Shown: positions 54,947 to 64,000 of the stretch, piece by piece | Position numbering within the stretch: position 1 is the stretch's first letter | How the letters are laid out: every line of letters starts with the position of its first letter | Assembly (NCBI GenBank): GCA_951406725.2 | Contig: OX597825.1 | Location: 43,710,001-43,774,000 of the forward strand | Direction of reading: 5' to 3' | Length of the DNA: 64,000 nt | DNA from: Octopus vulgaris | Taxonomy: Eukaryota | Translations under genes and position numbers: made by a program | The notes under the pieces: generated by a model | What the model was told of the DNA's origin: nothing | The model's database searches: none | The model's input: the letters and a program-made list of their open reading frames with translations, nothing else

Positions 54947-55962
54947 GGTGCGATAGGTAAATTGTCGGTATTTTATATTTTTAATTTCACGCATGCGCAT
55001 TGTTTGTTTTATTTGTGTCGACTACACAGTATAGTAGGGTCAGTTGGGCGCTGTCTGTGAGAAAACCAGCGCCATTACTCAATTCATTCTGCCAGAAATT
55101 TGGAAACGACATGCTGTAGTGCTTGGCGACGTTATGCCTTTATTCATCTTCCTACACGGCCTCATACTCAACACAGAGGCCTATATCAAGTGCCTGGAGG
55201 AGATGGTGCTGCCCTGCGTCAAGAGGGGGGCTGCTGAAAAACCTTACGTCTAGCAACAGGACTCTGCACTATGTCACACTAGCAGGAAAACCCAGTCATG
55301 GCTGTCAGACAATCTCTGCGACCACATCATCTCTAACATCTGGCCACGTAACTCCTCAGACTGCAACCCCCTTGATTATTATGTGTGGGGCGCAGTTGAA
55401 CGAGAACCAACAAAACTCATTGTAACACCAAAGATGAACTGAAGGTAAGAATTATGACAGCATTCAGCAACTTAAACAAGGAGACCGTCCAGAATAGTTT
55501 CTAGAGATTCCGAAGTCGTCTGGAGGCGATTCTATTGGATAAATTTACTCTTTAGTATTTCAAGATATTTTTATGTAATTTTGATAAATATATCTGTTAA
55601 AATGAGATGTTATTTTCATTTATGCGTAATTTAGACCAGTGCTTCTCAAACTATCTGATGTGGCGTACCGGCAGTTTTTTCTTTTTTTCTTTTTTCCAAT
55701 GTGCCAGGGACCGGTAATATTTGTTAGTAATATTTATTTATACCGGAAACAATATATATAATGAATATAATAAAAGTTGACAATTTTTTAATCTTATTTT
55801 GTAAACAAATAATACAATATTACATAAGCATTTTATAAGGTTTCTTTCTTTTCTAGAAACTCGCTACGTACCGGCAGCTGATTGCTCGCAAACCGGCACC
55901 GGTCCATGAACCACCACTTTGAGTAGCACTGATTTAGACGACAGTTTATTCACCGCACCCTG
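54944..55962 (+). mobile_element. Internally deleted maT (DD37D) Tc1/mariner element in TCTE1 intron
   Basis: TIRs cagggtgcgataggtaaattgtcg / cgacagtttattcaccgcaccctg flanked by TA; 'QQDSALCH...WPRNSSDCNPLDYYVW' with 37 residues between the two Asp. Confidence 0.9.
55637..55931. mobile_element. hAT (Charlie-like) MITE nested in the maT element
   Basis: TIRs cagtgcttctcaaa / tttgagtagcactg; 8-bp TSD atttagac at 55629-55636 and 55932-55939. Confidence 0.92.
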
Positions 55963-56089
55963 TATATACTGTATATATAAATGCATGAACTTTTACATTC
56001 GAAAGCTCAGAGTGGCTTCTTTATTTCTTACATTTACACTCGCCTAGTCACTCTTTATTGTATTTTCCTTTCGGAGTATTTACACAGTG

Positions 56090-56280
56090 ATATTGGTTTC
56101 AAATTTTTGGCACGAGGCCAACAATTTCAGTGGAGGAGCTAAGTCAATGATATCGATGCCAGCACTCAACTGGTACTTATTTTATCGATTCCGAAAGGGT
56201 GAAAGGTAAAGTCGACCTCGATAGAATTGGAACTCAGAATGTAAAGACGGACGAAATACCGCTAGGCATTTCGCTCGGCT
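56090..56280 (-). mobile_element. SINE family 2
   Basis: Homologous to 49098. Confidence 0.8.
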
Positions 56281-57799
56281 ACACAGTAATATAAAAACTT
56301 GCAAAACCATATATGAATCATATTATGGGATTACAAAACAGCAACAAGTTGCTAGATATATGGGTTCTTTTGCATATAAGATGTGAAAACAAAAAATGCA
56401 ATGCTAATATTTTATAAAATTTACGATCCGGTTATGGCGGAATAAAGGTGATCTTTGCAATTTGAGAAGGATAATCCTTTTTATCTTCTCATAAACATTA
56501 TTATCAAGCCTCTTGTTGTTACTCAGAATGTTAGAAATAGCAGTTAAATCTCCACCTAATAGCATTCTGCTGATAAATGGACAGACACTTATGCATTATA
56601 TAAAAAGTAGCTTTCCATTTTGTCAGCCATTTTACCCGATATAGTTCTCGATACGCTATATCTGATAGACACGATGTTCACTGCTAGAACGCCTTTGATC
56701 ATAAATTTATTCGATCGGAGATGATTTAAGGATAATCAATTGCAGCAAATGAATTTGTCTACATCGACGTATAAAGTTGATTTGCCTGGAACAAGGAGTG
56801 ATCCTATATGGCACAGACCCAATCCTCTGAATGACAACTTGCTGAATTATTTTTCTTATATGCTCGATTCACATTCTGTTTCACGAGGACAGAAAGCTCA
56901 CACGTACTTCAATAAACATAAAGTCTGATTTAGATAGTGGTTTTTTTTTCTTTCTCTTGGGAAAAATCAGACTATGAATTGTCATTGATAATTTTACACA
57001 AGCAATATTGAATGTACATCGTTTCGTCATTATTTTGCTATTGTTAATAAGCTTTCAGACCACTACTCCAATGTTGTACGAGAGTCATATTTTTTATTCT
57101 TTCATTACTATGACTATAATTATCATCATATCGATCTGTCTACTAGAACGATGTTCTGAATAAAACATTGGCACCTTAAGTCACAACACACGTAACAGAT
57201 TAGTCAATACATTAGAATCTAATGGTTTTCTTCAGCATATATTCCTTCTATTGTAGATCAGTAGTAGATATTGACGATTTATTATTTTATTACATCTATT
57301 GTTTAATTTTAAGAGGCTAAGAATAGAAAGGGAATACTGTCTGGGAACAAGACACAAAACAATCAGTATTAAAAAGAGATTAACAGAACTGATGTTGCGA
57401 GAGTTATCTTATGCTGACAGATGAAAGGATTTGTGTGCGACTGAGAAGATACAAACTTTTGCACTTCCTTCTGCCGCCGAATTTGCTTTTGGGCGTATTG
57501 AATGCTTTTTACTTCAAAATGAGTTTGTTTACTGCGAAGAAATAATACAATTCTTCGACGAAAATATTTTCACTCTGTTTGCGAACTCAAAAAAGTATAT
57601 TGTGAAATAATCGTTATACTATATAATACTTCAGTTACACTCCATATACAATAAGCAAACCTATAGAGCAAATGTTTATCTCCGCCTTTTGTACCGTTAA
57701 GAGAACAGACTATAAATCTACTCTGAAGTATTTTCCTTGGAGTAGAATTGAACTAAGAAATATGAACCTACGAATAGTGCTGATGATGATTTCAACAAT

Positions 57800-57972
57800 A
57801 TAATCCTGAGAGCTATACCAGCGGAGCACATACTCCTGGGAGAACCTGCCATGCTAGACATGAGATAAACATGAGTTTGCACCTACCTCGAGATAAGCAA
57901 AGTTACAGCAGGACCTGGGAGAAGCACGGAGTCGATGCTCCATAAGGAGCGAGGAGCATAAATAAATAAATA
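57800..57972 (+). mobile_element. Probable non-LTR 3' end with (TAAA)n tail
   Basis: GC-richer segment ending in taaataaataaataa; weak resemblance to the C-terminal 'LLG.A..LR' of R4/Dong. Confidence 0.4.
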
Positions 57973-58228
57973 ATTGATAATTAAGCATTTTGGCAAAGGC
58001 ACATCTCAGAATCACTGCCAAAATAAGAGTCAGCGACTAGCAATTTATTGGTTGTTCGATACCTTCGTTGGCAAAGTAAAGAAAAGGGAAGTAGAAATAG
58101 ACGAGGGAAAAGAAGAGATTTAATGGAGCTTATACCTAAAACACTGTTTCATTTTACTATATAATTAATATTCTCTTCTCTTGTTCTCCCTTACCCATTT
58201 TTATTTCCTGTTTCTATGAAAAACTTAC

Positions 58229-59250
58229 CTCTTTGAGATCGTTGCAAGAAATATCAATGGATACCAAATTAATGTTGGTTCTAAGGACTTGAGATAATGC
58301 TATTGCAGTCGACTCTCCCATCTTATTGGCCGCCACATTCAGCTCTTGAAGAGATGTATTTTTTGTCAGAGCTTTGAAAATGCAATGTCCTCCTTCGTCA
58401 CCAATTCTGTTTAACCTTAAGTTTAATAACATTAGTTTATGCGTCTTAATTAAAGCGTGTGCTAGGGCTTGTCCTCCAATAATCCCAATTCTATTATTAC
58501 ATAATGTAAGTTTCAAAATCCTATCGCAGCTGGTTATTAATTTGCCGATTGCTTTGGCACCACGATCGCCAATATAGTTGTGTGACAAATCAATTTCTTC
58601 CATAGACGGATGATCTAGTAAATGATACATCAGCATACGTGTCTTTTCATCATCAATTTTGCTTCGATGAAGATGAAGAACTCTCAGTGTTTTACAATGC
58701 TGAATGGCTTCAGATAACGTTTGGCAATCTTTTTTAGTGAAATGAAACATAGACCAAGTAAAATTCATGCCACAGTCTCTGACACTGTAAGTCAGATGTA
58801 GTTCTTCTAGAGAGGTCAGTGCCTTCAAAACTGGATACATATTGAAATGGTCGCACTCGCGTTCTTTCTCGCTTGTTGAATCAGAGCCCTCTTCTAAAAA
58901 ATCCATGGATTTCTCATCTGGGGTAAGAGGTGGCAGCAATTGCCCAATGTCAAGGCGTTTGATAAAATTTGAAGAGACTTTCAAAGTTTCATTTAACTCT
59001 CTTATATCAGTTTTGTCAGGTACAAAGAACTCAATGATATGCTCTAGGTTTCGTTCAAAATACATCCGCTTCCAATTGTTGCCGTAATCAGCGACATTGC
59101 AGAGTGCCCAACGGTTCCTGCAACACCTTTCCCAATAGCATTCTTCTTCAATAAGTTCGGCTGTTATTTTTAGAGGCAAGTTGACTGATAACGTCTCTAG
59201 AACTTTTGCTTTGTGCGCAGGTCGCAGGCTTTTAAAATATATTGAATTAT
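58229..59250 (-). CDS. TCTE1: TCTE1/DRC5 large LRR-encoding exon
   Basis: Acceptor tttcag| (59252-59251), donor |gtaagt (58228); 'YWERCC..RW', 'WKRMYFERNLE', 'YSVRDCGMNFTW', 'LLDHP', 'LNLRLNRIGDEGG' match TCTE1; RI-like LRRs. Confidence 0.96.
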
Positions 59251-60359
59251 CTGAAATTGAATAAGAAATTAAGTCAGTCATATTCAATCATTAAGTGAAG
59301 TAACCCCTTGTGAATAGTCTTGTCTTTTAATTATCTAACTTTTGTCCCAGTGTAGCTATAGAGTTATTCTGGTGAAATTTTTTCTATGAATATACGTAGA
59401 TCTTTGAAAACTTAAAACGAAGATTACTTTTGCATTAAAAATTTTTTTCCCAATTTTAAGTGATTTTGTGATCAAGGGACACGCTATTTCCTCTCCCTTT
59501 ATATAGTTAGTCAAACATAGTCCTCTGACAAGGCTGCCATCTTTGTCTATTTCTTTCTATGTCTGTGTATGCGTTAACTTCTTTAAATATCTATTTATAA
59601 TCTAAGGTTGTTAAGGCAGAATCGAAACCTAGTAGCAGATTCAGCTTGCATTAACCTTCACCATGTCAATGTATTTCAAAGGCAACGTCCCCATGGATTC
59701 ACGAACCGAACAGAAGTAATTCCAATATGAAAGCAATGAATAAATAAGTTGTATGAGATGCTTAGTTAGAATAGTGAATATATTGCGGAGACGGCAAGAC
59801 TGTGAGAATGGTATATAATTCTATTGATATGTAGAACAGAGTTTAGCTTTCCCCCACCACCACATATCGACATTTCGTCATAGTTTATTCGTATTCGACC
59901 ATCGTTTTGCTTTCAGAAAACAGAGAATGTATGCATGGAAATAGTATGCATATGTAACAGGATTATGGCTTCAACTGCCAGACACATTTGAAATAAGAGT
60001 TTAACTCCACTAAACCCACTTCCTAGTATGAGTTTAATTAGAAGTTGAAATATTTCACTATGTTTACACCATGTGAAAACTGACATATTTAACTTTCCTT
60101 CCTCTGAAATACAGCTGTGTTTGTACCCGATCAAAAGAAACTTTCATTCTAAGGTAAACAGCCCTACATAATATACCTCAAAGTGCTCCAGCATTCCTCA
60201 CTTTTACTATATTTAACTACGTCTACTACTTAAATTGTTTGGTTACATAATTTACCTGCATTGGTAAGATTCATAAATCAATATTCAGTTCTCTTATATT
60301 TTCAGAGTGCGGTCTTTTTAGTTTTGTGGCTATTCCACTCTGCGTATAATGTGTAGTTA

Positions 60360-60550
<191 letters not shown>

Positions 60551-60885
60551 GCATTCGGAGACAGAATGCAACAGCACCCTCAGAACAGATGTTTACCCTA
60601 AAGAATTAGCCTAGAATATAAATTCGTATTTATACCAATAATAATAGGTGCACTTGGATTTGTTGGTATTGCCTTGGCTTTTCAGGAAAAGAAATCAACC
60701 AACGAAAATGCACATTACAAAATACAATCTGCAAATAAACGGTAAATAGGTCCAACATCTGACGTTGTCTCTGTTATCTACATTCCAACGATGGAGCTTT
60801 GTATTTTTGTAAGAAACCAGCTCTTTCCTTATGGGACAGAATCAAAAGTTTAAAAATAGATGCGAGCATACATACATACATACAC

Positions 60886-60916
<31 letters not shown>

Positions 60917-61447
60917 CATACATACATACATACATACGATTCAAATAATATTCACCATCAAATTTGGATTAATGAGGGAAAGTGTGGCTTATTTATCTAA
61001 TACCGTCAGTCAGCTCATCTACTCATATTACAGCTCTCAGATTTTTTAACTTTTCATCTCAATGTGGTGGCCAGACGTATCTGACATTTATACTCTACAT
61101 AAAAATGAGCAAGCCAAAAACAAACCACTATGCAGTTGCTTGACCTATTACAAAGAACAGCCAAATTCTCATTGAATCCTACTGGCCTTTAAATATCTAA
61201 ATTCTACAGTTGACATGCCGGTTCAGATACATGATACTTGAAAAGAAAGATAGGATAGTCACTGCTTGAATGTATTTTGATCATAAATCTGCTCAGTCAA
61301 AGCCTAACTTGGGCTGAACAACAATTAAAACATGAAAGTGAGATATCTGTCGATAACGCACCCAGGATTTTAAAATTATGACAAAGTAAATGAGCAGCAG
61401 TAATCGTGTGCTGTTATTCAATCCCCTTATCATTAATCAATACTTAC

Positions 61448-61754
61448 TTTCAAAGTTGTCGACAATATGGCTGATACAGAGTTCTTCTAGTAACGGCACT
61501 GTAGCCAATGACCAATGTGGATCTTCGGCGATGATCCTTCTCATTTTGCGCATGTCAGCAGCAGGGTTTAATATAAATGTTTCTGATATTGATGTTGGAA
61601 ATTCACTGAGTAATGCCTCTGCATCTTCCACTGCGTTGTTAAACTCTTCTTGCTCACTATCTCTTCTTTCTTCATTTGCAGAATTCTTATCTTTCTCTGT
61701 TTCTCCTTCTTCTCCAATGTCTTCGGAATCCTTATTTTCTGAATTGCTTGGCAT
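61448..61754 (-). CDS. TCTE1: TCTE1/DRC5 first coding exon
   Basis: ATG at 61754; 'MRRIIAEDPHWSLATVPLLEELCISHIVDNF' is the conserved TCTE1 motif; donor |gtaagt at 61447, phase 1 matches next exon; total CDS 1497 nt. Confidence 0.95.
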
Positions 61755-61861
61755 TGTCTACAAATACAGAATATATAATTTGCTTATTACGTAAATTGTC
61801 CGTTTTGTGTACGTTGTTCATCTTACCTGAGAACATGCGTTGATGCCTCATCGTGTTTTGG

Positions 61862-62069
61862 CTCCTTTACTTATTTCAGTCATTAGACTCCAGCCATACT
61901 GGGGCACCACCTTGAAGAATGTCAGCTGAATGAATCGACCCCAGTATTTATTTCATTTTGCAAGCCTGGTACTTATTCTATCAGGTTCTTTCACCAAGCC
62001 GCTAAGTTACGAAGACGTAAACACTCTAATACCCGTTGTCAAGCAGTGGGAAAGGACAAACACTGAAAT

Positions 62070-62070
<1 letters not shown>
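61862..62070 (-). mobile_element. SINE family 1 fragment
   Basis: Homologous to the 29503 copy. Confidence 0.8.
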
Positions 62071-62130
<60 letters not shown>

Positions 62131-62155
62131 TACATACATACATGCATACATACAT

Positions 62156-62215
<60 letters not shown>

Positions 62216-62218
<3 letters not shown>

Positions 62219-62458
62219 GCTAAGCCCGGTTTTACCCGGTCGGTTTCGATGATGTGGCTGTAAAACCTGCTCTGTGCAAGCATTCGTCTTGTTTGGGCAC
62301 GCTTACGTTAAAAACAATTTTAGAATAACATTTTTTTCTGTCAAAATGCTAAAAATAACTGACCAACAAAAAAAACAACCAAGATTCAACCAAATCAAAA
62401 TATAAACTCAAATACTAAGTGAACAAAGATGAACCATCTTACTTCCATTGCGCGCGCG

Positions 62459-62492
<34 letters not shown>

Positions 62493-62694
62493 TCACACAT
62501 ACGCACAAACATATTCACATACCCCCTTTTACATACACACACATATATTCACACAGAGTTGAAACGCTATTTGATTTATCTTTTCAGCGAACAATTTTCA
62601 TCACCCCACTACCAAGTATCACTCGTTCCTTTCTTATTCATCTATCACCCCTTCCTTTCTCATTCATAAACACAAGATTATTATTATAGTAGAT
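62216..62694 (-). mobile_element. Probable non-autonomous Helitron
   Basis: Minus 5' 'a|tctactataataat' and 3' hairpin 'ccgggtaaaaccggg' followed by 'ctac' (CTRR-like). Confidence 0.5.
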
Positions 62695-62861
62695 TATCTC
62701 GGTAACCATAGGAGCTAAGAAAAAATACAAAGCCCATCATCACCACTGGATCATTCTACACATCTGTGTAATTTTTTGCGCAATTCCACCCAGCCATTGA
62801 GCGTGGATCCCAAGACAAGAAAGAATCGCCCATGTCAAATTTATATGTATCGATATATATT

Positions 62862-63065
62862 CTTTTATTCTTTTATTTGTTTCAGTCATTTGATTGCGGC
62901 CATGCTGGAGCATCGCCTTTAGTCGAAAAAATCGACCTCAGGACTTATTCTTTGTAAGCCTAGTACTTATTCTATCGGCCACTTTTGCCGAACCGCTAAG
63001 TTACGAGGACGTGAACACACCAACATCGGTTGTCAAGCGATTGTGGGGGGACAAACACAGACACG
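62862..63065 (-). mobile_element. SINE family 1 fragment
   Basis: Homologous to the 29503 copy. Confidence 0.85.
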
Positions 63066-63447
63066 CAAAAATACATACGCGCGCGCTCGCACACACACAC
63101 ACACACACACACAAACACGCTGGAGTTGAACTAGGGACAGCTGATGAAGGGGATTTTTCCTTGTGTGTTTGTCTTGTACTCTGTTTTTTCGTTGTTAAAA
63201 AAAAGGTCCGTTCCATGCTTGTTTTTACGTTTTCGTTTCTCGTTGAGTTCTACGTCTATTTGTGGTGTCCTGTACTCACGTATATATATTTATATATGCA
63301 TGTATATATACATGTAGATGTAGGTACGTACATATATGTATGTATGTATGCATATATTTTATTTATTACACTATTGTATGACTGAGCGCCCTCGCGTCGA
63401 TTCAATTCGATTCGTTTCGTTTCGTTTCGTTTCTTCTTCTCTAAGCA

Positions 63448-63524
<77 letters not shown>

Positions 63525-63529
<5 letters not shown>

Positions 63530-63865
63530 AAATTTAGAGGACTGACCACTAAAAAAATGGATTACCTATGTACTAATAAGTTTCACTTGTTAATATTTAC
63601 GTATATGGATACGCAAATATCTGCAAGATCATCAGCATAGACTGTCGTTTACAAAACATAATTCCCAGAACTAGATACAGAACGCTCGACCGGGTTTTTT
63701 TTTATTTCGTATATTTTCATTTGTCTTGCTTGTTTTTACGCTTTGCATTTTTGCTGAATTGTTTTCTTGAGAATTTTTTTCTTCGTGGAAAATGGCGATT
63801 TTGACGTCTATATCTAGCATATAGGCTGTCCATTTTTTTAGTGATCAGTGCTCTAAATTTTGTAT
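63525..63865. mobile_element. MITE-like element with ~50-bp imperfect terminal inverted repeats next to (TA)n
   Basis: atacaaaatttagaggactgaccactaaaaaaatgg... / ...ccatttttttagtgatcagtgctctaaattttgtat. Confidence 0.7.
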
Positions 63866-64000
63866 GTAAAAAAAATGTTAGTCTTCGGATTAAATTTTAA
63901 TTGATTAATATCAATTTCTACCCTTATTTAATTTTATATATACATATATATATGACGAGCTTCTATCAGTTTCCGCCTACCAAATCAACCGAGGCTATAG

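Noticed and set aside
59251-59287. ORF-track start 'MNMTDLISYSIS' for the 357-aa ORF (likewise 54170-54241 for the last exon)
   Set aside because: Intronic read-through upstream of the true splice acceptors; homology to TCTE1 begins after them.
63130-63280. CTGATGA at ~63141 as a hammerhead
   Set aside because: No correctly placed GAAA or stem III; probably part of another repeat.

Overview
Eukaryotic, AT-rich, microsatellite- and transposon-dense DNA. The SINE families and repeat landscape look like an Octopus (cephalopod) genome; this is inferred from recalled repeat motifs, not from a search. Only one host gene is supported: TCTE1/DRC5 (dynein regulatory complex subunit 5, LRR protein) on the minus strand, with three coding exons (61448-61754, 58229-59250, 54002-54169; 498 aa; GT-AG junctions in phase). 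The rest is mobile DNA: tRNA-derived SINEs, RTE, R4/Dong and Tx1-like non-LTR elements, mariner/Tc1/maT, piggyBac, a hAT MITE, a probable Helitron, Penelope-type minimal hammerhead motifs and a perfect 1.4-kb (AAT)n tract. The most unusual feature is an ~11-kb head-to-tail array (about 25480-36750) of six diverged Tx1-like units. All are on the minus strand and are joined at the same 14-nt motif (minus strand GTTCCAATCATCTC, just after AATAAA, with no poly-A). Four units run from a gag-like ORF1 with an unrecognised C-terminal domain straight into a shared 3' UTR with no ORF2. This resembles a self-targeting, gag-only (HeT-A-like) non-autonomous retroelement system. Most other ORFs in the track are microsatellite or antisense artefacts.
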